DNA of 64,000 nucleotides from Octopus vulgaris (Eukaryota), in contig OX597818.1 of NCBI GenBank assembly GCA_951406725.2, positions 118,234,001 to 118,298,000 on the forward strand, written 5' to 3'. Position 1 is the stretch's first letter, and each line of letters starts with the position of its first letter. The translations under genes were made by a program, and so were the position numbers. This document shows, piece by piece, positions 40,226 through 55,330 of the stretch. The notes beneath the pieces were generated by a model. That model made no database searches and was not told where the DNA came from. It saw nothing but the letters and a program-made list of their open reading frames with translations.

Positions 40226-40554
40226 CAACACACACACACACACACACATAGTAAACAAACACACACCACATACAAACAACACACACACAGAACACACACA
40301 CCCACACACAACGCACCCACATATATCACATATACACATATATATATATATATATATATGGTAGTAGTAACAGAAAAGAGGAATTTCGGTTGTCCCCACG
40401 TGGTGGATTGTAATGTATATAAGAAATTAAAAAAGGAAAATACGCATGCTTACATGGTTATAATATGATTTTTAATCTATCGAACGGTTTCGCAATCGCT
40501 ATTCATGATATAATGTTTAATTTATATGAATATATATTTTTTCTTATATATATA

Positions 40555-41520
40555 AACGACAATAGAACATTCGGACAGATAGACAATACACAGGCAGGCA
40601 GGAAAAACAACAATTAGACGGACAGGCAAAAAAAAAAGAAAACAAGGACGGGTCATTCGTGGCCTTGTTTGTTAAGCCAAGTCACCATATGTACTTACAG
40701 TTTCGGGCAGTCACACTTCAGACTGTTCGATCTGGTTACCCCCATTTTTTAAATATGTTTGTATACTCATAGCTGCGTACGCACACACTTGTGCCCACCT
40801 CATAGTAAGTATGTATCTAAATTTTCTACGACTCTTTTACACTGTCTTTTAGTCTCCTCATTCTTTCTTCCTCTTTTCTTTTTCTCGCTCCCTATCTCTC
40901 TCTCTTTCTCTCTCTCTCTCTCTCACACACACATTTCTTGTTTCTCTTTTTCTTTAATTCCTACACTTCCTCCTTTTTTTAATCTCCCCTGTACCTTTCT
41001 CTTTGTCTCTGATTATTTCCAATCTGTCAATACCGCTGCCCGCTACCTCTCTTTCCTCCTTCGACGTGACCGGTCTCCGGATAGCCATGATCTTTCTCTT
41101 TTGTCTTGATTGCCGACCGCCAACACTTCTTATGTCCAATTCCGACGTTCCTGCCTCAAGGCTTTCATTTTCTACTCGCGAGCTCAATTTGGTTCGTTCT
41201 CAGTCGAAAGTCACCTGTTGTTATATTCTTGTCGTTTATATTGGTAATTGCCTACCATGTTCTCCGTCGTTTGTTTTTGTTACTGTATACATTCGTTAAC
41301 TCTCTTACAAAAAATCTCATGCCCTTGGCTTAGACTTGTTCGGGGCCAACCAGACCGAACAGTCTGAAGTGTAACTGACCGAAACTGTAAGAACAGCTGG
41401 AAACTTAACTGAAGAAAGAAGGCTATGAATGACCGTTCCTTTTTCTTCCTATCTTTCTGATTGATGTTTGACCTGTCCGAATTATTTTATATTCTTCTAT
41501 TGCGGTTTTGTTCCATTATA
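40555..41520 (+). mobile_element. Interspersed repeat family P, second locus, with upstream inverted copy of its 3' part
   Basis: 40555-40745 on the minus strand is homologous to 41342-41500 on the plus strand. The element ends in (TA)n. Confidence 0.7.
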
Positions 41521-41580
<60 letters not shown>

Positions 41581-42100
41581 AGATATATGATAGATAGATA
41601 AACAGATAGACCCGGTTGACTTGAAGGTCAGAGTACTATTCACCATTCTGTGTTAACTTATACGTATGTCTTTTGACAACACATTATTCGATGATATATT
41701 GGACTCTTACTCATTCACTGCTCGGATGTCTCAATGTAACGAGGAATCATATTAAGCTTCTTTACAGAATTCAGCAAACGAAATGTGTGGCGATGCAAGC
41801 TAATGTTTACCAAGGTGATATTGAATTATTGTGAATACACAAAACAGCGAGAATCAAAATAATGATGTGTATATTCATCCTTAATTCGTTCCGGTAGATT
41901 TGGATAGTCGCTCACGTAAATAGCCTTCGGAGAACAACTCCTTTTACCCAACTCGATAAATTAACAACAACAATAACAATTAGAAGTGGAGGAGGAGGAG
42001 GATGAACATCATGAGGATCATAATGAACAACAACCAGCATTATTACTATTCAGTAATTTTATTTTCATCACGTGCTTTCACTATTATTATTATTATTATT

Positions 42101-44430
42101 ACTTTTTTTTCCTTCTTTCAAATTTGCTTCCATTTCTTGCCGAGTGTCTTCCCAACTCCTAGGGCAAAGAAACTCATAGTATATATTGGTAGGCCATTAA
42201 ACCAAACTCAGTAGTTCGTTCATTTTTTTTTTTTAAAGTTAAATTAAAATACATGAGCAGCAACAGTTCTCACATCAACAATGCTCTTCTCAATACGTGT
42301 GATGTACCAGTTAAGACAATCTTTTGCACTTCTTGCAGGGATGGTAAGCCAGGGATCATTCTCATATAATTTTCGGTTCCCTTCTTGATCATTTCTAGTG
42401 CTCCTACGATCACTGGTATTGTAACCGCCTTGAGATGCCACATTTTCTCAATTTCAATGAGTAGGTCTTTATATTTTCTGAGCTTGTCAAACTCTTTCGC
42501 TGAGATATTATGATCACAGGGGATGCTCATGTCGATCAATAAGCAAACTTTATTGTTTTGGTCTTTCACAACAATATCTGGTTTATTAGCCTTGATGGTT
42601 CGGTCTGTATGTACTGGAAAGTCCCACAGAATGGTTACATTTTCTCCTTCAGTTACAGCCTCAGGGTGGTGATTATACCACTTGTCGGCAGTTTTGATAT
42701 TGTAATGCCGACTTATTAGCCAGTGGAGATATTGGCCAACTCTGTCATGTCTTAATTTATACTCCACTGGTGCTAAGACTTTACATCCAGAGATTAGGTG
42801 GTCCACTGTTTCAATCATGTCGTTGCAGAATCGGCATAATAGGGTTAATAGGCTTTGATCTTGAGCAGCCAGGATGAAACCTTCGCTCTCTGCTTTTAGC
42901 CCTGAGCTCCGTAGCCACTGATGGGTTTGCTTCTGGTCAACATCAGCTTGTTTGCTGCGGGTCACATATTTGCCGTGCAGAGGTTTCTCCTCCCATCTAT
43001 CAGCCAGTTGCTCGTGCGCTTTTTTCATTGCCATCATTTTCACCTTCTTTGCAACAATAGTTGCCGTACTTCCCTCGGGTTGTTCAGTTTGGGTATCCTG
43101 CACGAGATTAATAGCAAATTTTTTGCTTTCCTTTATGAGAGAATGAAGCTTCTTTCGTCTCTCGTGATTTTCCACGAGCTTTAGCATCCAGTCATTCGAT
43201 ATTTCGAGATATTTGGCCAGTCCAATTGTGGTTGTTTTGTAAGCTAGTTCAAATTGGATCAGGCCTCGAACTCCTTGGGCTCTGGGAAGGTAAAGGCGAT
43301 CTACGTCTGCCTTTGGGTGGTGCATCCTATTACAACTCAGCAGCTTGCGTATTTTTCTATCTATATTCTTTACTTCACTCATATTCCAGTTCAACACATT
43401 GTAGCTATAAGTAACAACTGGAACTGCTAAGGAATTTATAGCTAACACCTTGTTACGTGCATTTAGTTCAGATTTCAGGACTGCACGAACTCTCCTATAA
43501 CATTCCTTCCTGATTTTCTCTTTCATGCTTGCATGCTGCATACCAGAGCCTTCATTTATCCCTAAATATTTGTATGTTTGTTCTTGCTCAAGCTCTCTTA
43601 TGACTGTGTCAACATCTAACACGACTGAATTTGTGGTCTTCACTTTCCCTTTCTGGAAAGTGGCCTTGGCACACTTCTCAAGTCCAAACTCCATCTCGAT
43701 GTCATCGCTGAATGCTTTCACGGTGCGCAATAGGTCTTCAAGTTCATTATTGTCTTTACCATAAAGTTTTAAGTCATCCATATAAAATAGATGGCTTATT
43801 TCTTTATTGACAGTTTTATACCCATACCCTGTTCTGTTTAATTCACTTGTAAGGGGTATTAGGGCTATGCAGAATTTTGAAGATGTCCAGCGATCTCAAG
43901 ATCCATGGATGCGGTATACTGTCGAAGGCCTTTTTGTACTCAATCCATGCGGTGCTGAGATTTCTGCGCTTGTTGTGACAGTTCTCAAGGATCATACGAT
44001 TGATTAGCAGTTGATCTTTGCATCCGTAAGAGCCTCGGCGGCACCCTTTTTGTTCAGTGGGGAAAATATCGTTCTTCTCCATGAATGCATATGTTTTTTC
44101 CGCCAGGATAGATGTTAGGATTTTATACGTGGTGGATAGACAGGTTATAGGCCGATAGTTTTTTGGAAGGTTGGTTTCGTTATTCTTTGGGAGTAGGTAA
44201 GTAATGCCACTTGCTAACCATTCAGGTGTTTTCTTTGGGTCTCTCATAATTCCATTGAGCAGCTGAACTAGCTTACCGTGTGCGCATGGGAGCGATGCGA
44301 GCCAGAAATTCGGCACCCTATCTTTACAGGGGGATTTCCAATTATGGGCCTTCGTGAGTGCCTTTCTTAGGTCTGCTATTGTGATGTCTTCCCATGCTTG
44401 TTGTTGTAAATTTTGGTAGGATCCTTCAGT
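42101..44430 (-). mobile_element. 5'-truncated R4/Dong-clade RLE non-LTR retrotransposon (family B)
   Basis: RT motifs (NYRPITCL, EQKGCRRGSYGCKDQL, KKAFDSIPH, FYMDDLKLY), CCHC finger, RHD and KPDIVV..ID endonuclease motifs, 3' UTR. Flanked by (TAA)n. Confidence 0.95.
42270..44316 (-). pseudogene. Disrupted reverse transcriptase / restriction-like endonuclease ORF
   Basis: ORF-track frames 43843-44316 and 42270-43781 are out of frame. The RT QGDxLSP region is missing at the junction (about 43870), and the spacer between AAQDQSLLT and CRFC is shorter than usual. Confidence 0.9.
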
Positions 44431-44454
44431 TTATTATTATTAATATTATTATTA

Positions 44455-45215
<761 letters not shown>

Positions 45216-45934
45216 CTATGTTTGACTTTTGCTTTATATTTGTACAAGTTGGCTCCAAGTCTCACCCAGAGACCTCAAGAGACAACAGGGTTGGAAGTTC
45301 ATGTTGTTGTTATGCCTAGTGTGCCATATATTTGGGGGGTGGGGATGTTGTACTAATGAATGTCTAAAAAGAAAAAAAAAGGTTTTTTTTTTTTTTTTTT
45401 TTTTTAAACCGAAAATTATGTTTGTTTTAAACCTTGAGATTACATAGAGAGTATTTTGCGTAGGATATGAGCAGTTCCCATGAGCACTATCTTTTGAACT
45501 TCTGCCATTTTTGGGTTTCCTGGTATCTGAGTTAGGTAGCTATCAGCCCCTATTGCTATCATTCCCAGGGCACCTATGACAACAGGTATTGTTTTAGTCT
45601 TCAGCTTCCACATTTTGCTGATTTCTATTTCAAGATCTTTATATTTGCTCAGTTTTTGGTAGGTCTTGACAGATACGTTTATATCGATTGGGACAGTCAT
45701 ATCAATGAGGAGGCATGTTCTTTGTTTGAAGTTTTTCAATATGATGTCTGGCCTATTTGCATCTATCTTCCTGTCAGTTTGAATGGTGAAGTTCCAGAGG
45801 AGTGAGATGTGGTCATTTTCAAGCACTGGGGGTGGTTTGTGTTCCCACCAGTTTTTTTCATGGGGCAAATCCAGGTTTTTACAGATTACCCAGTGAATAT
45901 ATTGTGCAGCTCTATCGTGCCTGTTGAGATACTC
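45216..45934 (-). mobile_element. 5'-truncated R4/Dong RLE element (family C)
   Basis: EYLNRHDRAAQYIHW...QTDRKIDANRPDIIL...LLIDMTVP...KYKDLEIE...GTAHILRKILSM, with a distinct 3' UTR and (TAA)n tail. Confidence 0.92.
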
Positions 45935-46510
<576 letters not shown>

Positions 46511-46847
46511 TTGTTTTTGCATAGCTTCAATCGCTGTTTTGTGTATTCACAATAATTCAATATCACCTTGGTAAACATTAGCTTGCATCGCCACACATTT
46601 TGTTTGCCGAATTCTGTAAGAAGCTTAATACTGCCAGCTGTTCACTATCAGTGAACTAAGGTAACACGCCATTATTTTTCGAGCACCTTCCGTAGTATAC
46701 GGTTCTAATCAGTGCTGATTACCGTAATTTATCCAACCTTATTGCACAGCCTATTTAGTCCATGTACTTCTCAAGCTTTTTACTCACTGTTCCCAGGGCT
46801 GCGACAATTATTGGTATAATACCAACTTTGTCAGCGACTACAGTTGC

Positions 46848-46848
<1 letters not shown>
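46511..46848 (-). mobile_element. Degenerate R4/Dong 3' fragment (family D)
   Basis: IIPIIVAALGTVSKKLEKYM... The 3' UTR has hairpin GTTCAC/GTGAAC and contains a 100-bp copy of 41750-41850. Confidence 0.7.
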
Positions 46849-46938
<90 letters not shown>

Positions 46939-46991
46939 TACTGTTGTTGTTGTTATTATTATTAATATTATTATTGTTATTATTATTATTA

Positions 46992-47032
<41 letters not shown>

Positions 47033-47066
47033 GTTATCATTATTATAATTATTATTATCATTATTG

Positions 47067-47122
<56 letters not shown>

Positions 47123-47126
<4 letters not shown>

Positions 47127-47382
47127 TAATTCTATTATTATAACGTGCTTTCACTGCACTACCGAGCGCAGCTCTGTGTGCCTTAGACATGTGCTGTGGT
47201 TTGCTGTGATGCTTTTATGGTTAGTCTATTGAAAGTGTTTTGCGTAGCATGTGTACACTGCCTAGTAGTGTAATTTTCTGTATATTATATTTGTTAATCC
47301 TGGCGCTTTTGTTATGTATTTGTCGAATATTTTTAATCATACCTAATGTACCCACTATGATAGGAATTGTTTCTGTTTTAGA
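47123..47382 (-). mobile_element. R4/Dong 3' fragment (family A)
   Basis: Collinear with 6331-6592. A ~30-bp extreme 3' end of the same family also lies at 42050-42082. Confidence 0.85.
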
Positions 47383-47443
47383 TTATTATTATTATTATTA
47401 TTTTTGTTATTATTATTATTATTGTTGTTGTTGTTGTTATTAA

Positions 47444-47503
<60 letters not shown>

Positions 47504-47570
47504 GTTATTATTATTATTATTATTACTATTGTTGTTATTATTATTGTTATTATTGTTATTATTGTTGTTT

Positions 47571-47615
<45 letters not shown>

Positions 47616-47897
47616 TATGGTTTCTTTTCTTTATAACTGTATTTCACTTCATTTAGTGCCGCGCATCCTCTTGAGGCCACGCGTAGCAAGGGCATATTTG
47701 TTTTGCTATGCATGCAAAAATTATCACCACATCAATTCTAATAATTATAGAGGTTACTGGCATTTCAAAACCTGAAGCAACAAAAAAATTGTTAGGAGAA
47801 ATAATGTGGAACAAAGAAGTCCAACTTAATACAAATGGGGTCTGTTTCTGGGGATTCAAAAGAGAAATGGAAGATTGAATGGAATAAGAAACTACAA

Positions 47898-48267
47898 TTT
47901 CTCTATATATAAAGCTGAAGTTGTCTGTGTATGGCAGATTTGGTAGCCTTCTAACTAACATTATCTTCTCCTAGACCCTGCTGCGCAAGTTAACCAAAAC
48001 TGAGACTTTGGTAGAAGAAAGCTTGCTCTTTCTTCCGTGGAAGAAAATATTTAAATCAGACTATGTTAAGACCAAAATTATTTACATCATATGTGTGCTT
48101 TTTTTCTATAAAAATCCCTATATTTTGCGATTTTTTACTGCTGTGTCGCCATTTTTCGGTGTATTTCAACCTGAAAACTGCTCACTTAAAGAGAATAACA
48201 AGCTACATAATGCAAAATTTCAAGAATTCCAATTCCAAACTCGAGCAACGCCGGGCGAAACTGCTAG
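47898..48267 (+). mobile_element. Non-autonomous Helitron (family H1)
   Basis: Reverse-complement homolog of 3728-4116. Ends CTCGAGCAACGCCGGGCGAAACTGCTAG|T. Confidence 0.8.
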
Positions 48268-48392
48268 TTACAGATAAAAGAAACGCAAAGGGAAAGTTAT
48301 GATCAGCCCAAATCCAAAAGTGGTAATTTGCCGGACCAGATGGTGTTAAGGGAGTCTGGCCCAACAGTCTCTCAAGAATATACAGCTATGTA

Positions 48393-48600
48393 CTTTTATT
48401 CTTTTATTCTTATACTTATTTCAGTCGTTCGACTGCGGCCAGTCGAAGAAATCCACCCCAGGACTTATTCGTTATAAGGTTAGTACTTATTCTATCTGTT
48501 TCTTTTGCCGAACTTCTATGTTACTGGGACGTAAACACAACAGCATCGGTTGTCAAGCGAAGTTGGGGGGGGGCAAATACAGACACACAAACATATACAC
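48393..48600 (-). mobile_element. SINE family S2, 3' part
   Basis: Collinear with 51885-52085. Confidence 0.75.
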
Positions 48601-48626
48601 ACACAATCACACATATGCATGCATAC

Positions 48627-48667
<41 letters not shown>

Positions 48668-48699
48668 CATATCTTTGTGTGCCTAGTACTTATCCTATC

Positions 48700-49131
48700 G
48701 ATCTCTTTTGGTGTTCTTTTTTATATGGCCAGGTTCCAGGCACACGTGACACTTGGGAGGAGGCAGCCCTCAAGAATCACCGGGTACCTGCACCCAGCCA
48801 TAGTCAAAATGTTCGGAAAGACTAAATAATTTGCTTATTGGGTCCACAGGATCAAAACCACTTTCGACCCGACCCAATCACCCACCGGTAACAGCTTTAT
48901 ACTGAGGAGCTTGGCGCTGCTGACACCCAGATCCCGGCGGATAGTGTCATCTAGCCACCCTGGTTCTATATTGCATGCTAGCCCGCAGATCCAAGATGTA
49001 ATTTTTACAGAAGTGTTATGATTATTCATGTCTATGTAACGTGATACAATATTAATCGCGTTGCTACTGACAAGTATTACAACAAACTTATTAAAATTAT
49101 AAATTATTTGTGTGATTTGAGGGTGAATCAT
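48700..49131 (-). pseudogene. ORF1/gag-like remnant of an L1/Tx1-like LINE with zinc knuckle
   Basis: ...RYPVILEG, then after a frameshift PKCHVCLEPGHIKKNT (knuckle at 48751-48710), i.e. CX2CX4HX4[C] with the last Cys lost. Confidence 0.6.
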
Positions 49132-50294
49132 CGTATAATTCTAGTTAAGCCAAACGAGACATACACGCCCTCGCATTGGTTCGATAGTTTAAGTGATCTT
49201 TAAAAGACCATAAAATGTTGAAAGCAAATCATTTTACATCAGGAGTGACAAAGACAATAGTTGTGTGATACGAACATTCTTTAAATATATCATCTTCAAC
49301 TATGTCGACAAACGGGCTCTAATATGAAATTCATTGCTGAAATGTTATGTCTCCTTAGTATTCTTAGATTGGCTGAGACAAAGAAATGATTTAAATTATT
49401 AATCAAATCCGATGATATGTAGATTATATTAAAATATATTTGTTGTCTTGACAGTTATGGATATATGAACCAACAAATAATATTAAATCTGAGAGCAGCA
49501 CTGTGATGGTCGGAATTCGTAATCTCTCACGATTCAATTCAGGATTAAATTCAAACATAATAAATAATATTAGGAAAAAGTGCCAGGGAATTTAAATAAT
49601 CTGATGATTCATATTTCCAATCTCATTATTTTGTCCTTTATATTCTGTTAACGATCTCAATTGACAGTAAAACGTAAAATGATTACAGTAACTCGACCTA
49701 AAACAAAGATCTCTAATGGACTTTAGTTGCCACGTACTGTCTTCAAAATGAAGATATATCGAATAATGCCGTCTTTGCTACAATGTGAGATAATATGATA
49801 GAGTAGAACACAGAACCAAGATTCTAGATACACTACGACCGGAAACAAATGAACATGGATTTGTATCGAATTCATCGATATATTTCTGTAAAACAGAGAT
49901 GGAAATAAAACCAAATGCGGCTATTTAAATTCTTCGGGTTACGTTAACCTTTCAACAGTCTTATTCACAAGCGTCCATCCTGAAAATGTTTATTAGTGAC
50001 TGTGAAATATTTTATCGCTCCTCTTACGATTGAGATTCACATTTGAATTAAATCCACCATTTCCCAAGAAACCAATTTCGTTTCAGTAAAATTGACAAAT
50101 GATCTGTTCTTTCACTGATCATAAAAATAAAACGTTCTGTCCAGTATTTTTACTGGATCTAAAGGGAAAATTTTGAACATTAGCACATACGTAAGTATTC
50201 TTTGGCAGATTTAAACAAATTGATAAAACTTGTCCAAATTCTTTCCGATATCTATCGTTAATTAGGTAGCAAAAGTATTATTTTGCACACGGCC

Positions 50295-50458
50295 AATTTC
50301 GTCTTTATGGTCTGAGTTCAATTTCCACAGTGGTCGACTTTGCATTTTATTCTTTCGGGGTCGATAAATTAAGTACGAGTTGCCTACTAAAATCGATCAA
50401 ATCGACTGACCCCGCTCTCCAAAAATTTCGGGCTTTGTGCCTAGCGTACACAAGAAAA
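50295..50458 (+). mobile_element. S1 SINE, 5'-truncated
   Basis: B-box, core and AAATTTCGGGCTTTGTGCCTAG tail. Confidence 0.8.
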
Positions 50459-51114
50459 GAACATTTTACTCAACTATGTGAAATGTAACGTTATAAACTA
50501 TTTGCACTGGTTATTTGCCCTTATCTGAAATATTTTAAGTGCAAGTTAGTTCGTCGCTAAATGGACGGAAATGTTTGTATAAATGATAGATAAAATTTTG
50601 AAATTTATCATTAAATATACACAAAACATTTTATACACATCCGTTTATATCACGCAATTATATCAATCCCTACTTGAGATCGAAACACAAAGCTTTATGG
50701 AATTGCTCAAACAAAAACCCAACAAATTAGCATAGCTTACACGTTCCATTTATTAAATAAGCGGAACACGAAACAAACTAGCAAGAAAAGAAATCCAGAT
50801 CACTGCAGTTGAGCATTCGCATTCTGGGATTAAAAAATAAGAAGTATACAGCGTGATAACATTAAAGTAAAGACACGAACAAAGCCATACATGGCGTTAT
50901 TCAGAAGACACTCTCACCAAAAAATGTTGTAAGCTCAGTGATGGTGAAGTTGATGATGATGATGATATGATGAGGAGGAGGATGAAGAGGGGCAGAGGGT
51001 GGTGGTGATGATGGTGACGATGACGACGACGAAGATTGACGATGACGAAGATTGACGATGACGACAAAGAACCAAGACACCAACGACTAATACAGCGACG
51101 AAGATCGTGCTGAC

Positions 51115-51151
<37 letters not shown>

Positions 51152-51874
51152 TTGATGATAATGATGGAAATCATAAAGAGTGGAGTTAGCTGCTATATTG
51201 ATTGGAAATTATCAATTGTAAAAGATAAACTTTATCACATGATAAGCAAATACGTTCCGTGACAACTGGTCACGAGACGGAGATATTTAGCTAAGTGTTC
51301 GAGGCATAATTAAATAAGCACTCGAATTTCCTGATAGGCTACGATGATGCTCTCGCATAAACGGCACATCCGGTTGCAGAGGTCAAAGCTAAATCTTTAT
51401 CGCCCAGGGGGATCCGAAAACAATAAATTTACGAACGAATCCATTAGTAATAAAATTTTAATGTCCGCATTGTTCGAGTTATATATATATTGACTGTTCT
51501 ATATTTCGACCTTTAGAAGGAATATATGGAATGAAACGGCGGCAGGTTTTCACCTTTTGTCATTTTATGACATGTCTACAACATATATGTGTAAGAGAAT
51601 AAATAAACAAAGCGTACGCTATAATCGAAAAAAACAATCGTAAGGTGACATTAGATGTGTTTCGTTAATTAATTCTTCAGCGTCGAATGGGCACACAGCA
51701 ATTTAAAAAAGGAAAAAAATTAAAAAGAATGTATATGATGAAGAATAATTTTCTGTGATATAAAAAAGTTTTCTATGTTAGTAAATTGAACTTATATATT
51801 CAGAAATCGAGTGGATATTTTCCGAGGAAATCTGTAGAGAGAATGGAAAATATTTTTAAAATTTTGAAGTACAT

Positions 51875-52279
51875 TCTTTCTTTTATTCTTTTATTCTTTT
51901 ACTTGTTTCAGTCATTTGACTGTGTCCATGCTGGAGCACCGCCTTTAGTCTAACAAATCGACCCCAGGACTTATTATTTGTAAGCCTGGTACTTATTCTA
52001 TCGGTTCTGTTTTGCCTAACGACGTAAACACATCAGCATCGGTTATCAAGCGATGCTGGGGGGACGAATACAGTCGCACACACTCACACACACACACAAA
52101 TATATACATACATACGACGGGCTTCTTTCAATTTCCGTCTACAAAACCCACTCACAAGGCTTTGGTCGGCCCGAGTCCATAGTAGAAGACACCTGCCATA
52201 GGTGCCACGCAGTGGGACTCAACCCGGAACCATGTGGTTGGTAAGAAAGATATTTACCACACAGCCACCTCTGCTCCTG
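51875..52279 (-). mobile_element. Full-length tRNA-derived SINE (family S2)
   Basis: Minus-strand head GTGGCTGTGTGGTAA (A-box-like) and GGGTTGAGTCCC (B-box-like), CORE-like segment, internal (TG)n and (AAAGAATA)n tail. Confidence 0.85.
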
Positions 52280-54040
52280 CATACATGCAAATAAAAAAAT
52301 CTTATAAACTCTGAAGTACATACATACAAATAAAAAATACTGTCAATTTTTGTTACATTATAAAACGAAGGCTTACAATTCCCGTCCTCATTACGTTGAA
52401 CAAGCAGCAATGATTGAACTAGATTTTTCGCTATATATACTCCAGAGGCAAAATTGTACGTCATTATAAAACGTCATCAATCTATAGCGAACTCCCGAAT
52501 ATGAGCTGATAAACAAATACCATTTGCAAATATCTATTCAATCATCTCTCTCTCTTATACTTTGGGAATAAAGTGCCTATATCTTAAAATAACAAGCCAT
52601 TTGATCCATGTCATCTAATATCTGAATAAAACAACAATTACAAATGAAGTAGAAAGTCACACATAATACTCAAAGCAAAAATCTCAAACGAAAATTATGT
52701 TCTACGATTTTGTGTTTTGCATTACAACATAATTATAAATAAGTGAAAATAAAAGCTAAAATCTGTCATAAATAGCAAACAATTGTGTGACATCCCAAAA
52801 TGAAATGTTGTTGCATGCTCATGGATGAATTTAATGTCATTATAATTATGCCGAAAAAAGGTCTTGCGAATATAGAAGAAAGAATTATAATAGGACTTAA
52901 TCAAATGCATAATGATGTTCTACGTAAATCGTTTTGAAGTTAAATAGCGAAAGCAGCATATTGCTAAGCAGACATATACTGATTTAAAGAAATATTTCAT
53001 GAGGCGTGTGTTTTACAACTGAATCCTGTATATTACTGAAGAAAACAGACACACTAATATCTTATAGAAGAGAATAAAAATTAACGAAAAGGCAGAGCAG
53101 AAGAAAACGCATATGTATTCCCGTATTCATTACAACTTCAGAATATAAATTTCTGAATCGGGGAACATGCGATAGGAAAGGTTATATAACTTACAATTCA
53201 TTAGATATTGCTCTTCGTGTTTATTGAGAAGTTATGTTATTTTAATTTTTCTTTTGTTTTATATGGCACTCGTTTATTTTTAAGTATATTTTACGTAATT
53301 CTAATTATATTCTTCCTCAATTTATCGTAATCAGAAGTATGTGATTTACGCGTTGAACAGAGAATAAGTTATGATTTTCAAGAATGTATTGTATAGAAGT
53401 CGGAACACAAAGAAATACATGAACACAGATGTCATCATTTTAATATATGTGTAGAACATTTAGTCTCATGCAAGAATTTTAGAGATATATAGTGCTAGAT
53501 AGACACAGCTGCTTCAGATGTTCATTGTTATATATTTCTTTAACAGACTGGCTTAATGTTTCTCCAAAATAATCCGTGTTTTTCGTAGAAGGTGGTGAAG
53601 CGCTAATTTCATTTTCTATATTGAATCTATTGCGCATTTTGTTTCTCACAATAAACTATCTAAAACAACTTGTCAAACAACATCGTAAAGAATTCTAGCA
53701 TTCTTGCTTCATCATCTTGAATCTCATCCTCAACGGTTGTACTCTGCTTGCGCAAAACAACCATGAATCGTTTAAAGTATATCGAAAATATTGATTGCAC
53801 CAGCTCACGACGCATTGATAATAATAACGTTGCATATCCCCCAACACACTTCCCAAGACATGTATGTCTCCACAGAAAGCGTTCATTGACCTTTTTTATG
53901 TAACTGTTGAATACGTTGGATATATCACACAACCAAACATTGAGACTATTTCCCGTTTTATTACGTATAACTGACCTAAAATAATCGATACACATCATCA
54001 CGTTTTCAATTGTGACTATATAAATAAAATGCCAATGCAA

Positions 54041-54256
54041 TCCTTTTCTACTCTAGGCACATGGCCCGAAATTTTGGGGGAGGGGGCCAGTCGATTAGAT
54101 CGACTCCAGGATGCAACTGGTACTAAATTTATCGACTCCGAGAGGGTGAAAGGCAAAGTCGACCGCGGCGGAATTTGGACTCAGAACGTAAAGACAGACG
54201 AAATAGCACTAAGCATTTCGCACGGCGTGCTAACATTTCTGCCAGATCACGGCCTT
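54041..54256 (-). mobile_element. Full-length S1 SINE with TSD
   Basis: Complete short-tail S1. TSD AATGCCAATG(C/T)AA at 54028 and 54257. Confidence 0.88.
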
Positions 54257-54307
54257 AATGCCAATGTAAACCTGCGACCTATATGCATACATACATACAT
54301 ACATACA

Positions 54308-54384
<77 letters not shown>

Positions 54385-55195
54385 ATATAATATAATATAA
54401 TATATAATATATATGTATAGATAGATAATAAATTCTTTGGTCAAATAAGTATCAGTCGATTAGTGTGTTTAAATTTTGAGTAGAGCACTGATGTCGTTTC
54501 GAAACTGATAGTGCTTCGAATATAGTTGGGTTACTAGAACCGTTGCTTGGTTCCCATGTGGTTATTGCCAGAAAAGAGCAATTAGCATATGGAGAACACT
54601 TTCTGGGAAATAAGAGAATTTAACGATTCTTCGTTTCTGCATCTCTAGGAAAATGAAAGTATTCAGTTTATCAAAAAATAGGATAAAGAAATTACACTTT
54701 TAAGATAAAAGGTAAAAGAACGAATAGTACATTGCGTACTATATATATATAAAGCAAAGATGTACAGGTGTCAATTCATTACGGCCGTTTCAAGCGACAA
54801 CATTAATTTATTGATGAAAATATTACATCATTTGAAAGAAAACTTTCTCAGCAGATGGCCGTATAGACTTCAAACATAGAAGATACAGCCACTTCCTTAG
54901 CATATTCACATCCCTAATAGCACTCAAAATATTTACCGAGGTAAAGTGCTTCAATTTCAGTAACTACAATTTATTTTTCCTTTCAGTAGCCGGTGCATTC
55001 AGTCAAACTATGGTATCTCCAACTGCTTCAGGAGCTAAGATATAAAAAAACTGTCACAATGATTTACAACGGTTCTGCTATGGATTGCTGAAAATATTTT
55101 TTCGTTTTCTGAAAAATTCTAAGATTTGGACATACGTCGTCTTTGCATAATAGTAACGATATATATATATATACATACATGCATATATATATATT

Positions 55196-55246
<51 letters not shown>

Positions 55247-55293
55247 GCATATATATGTATATATATATATATATATGTATATATATAAATATG

Positions 55294-55330
<37 letters not shown>

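Noticed and set aside
53660-54040. 126-aa non-repetitive ORF (also 2754-2996, 12281-12653 and 63790-63984)
   Set aside because: No recognisable domain or supportable splice structure; cannot be called a host exon without a homology search.
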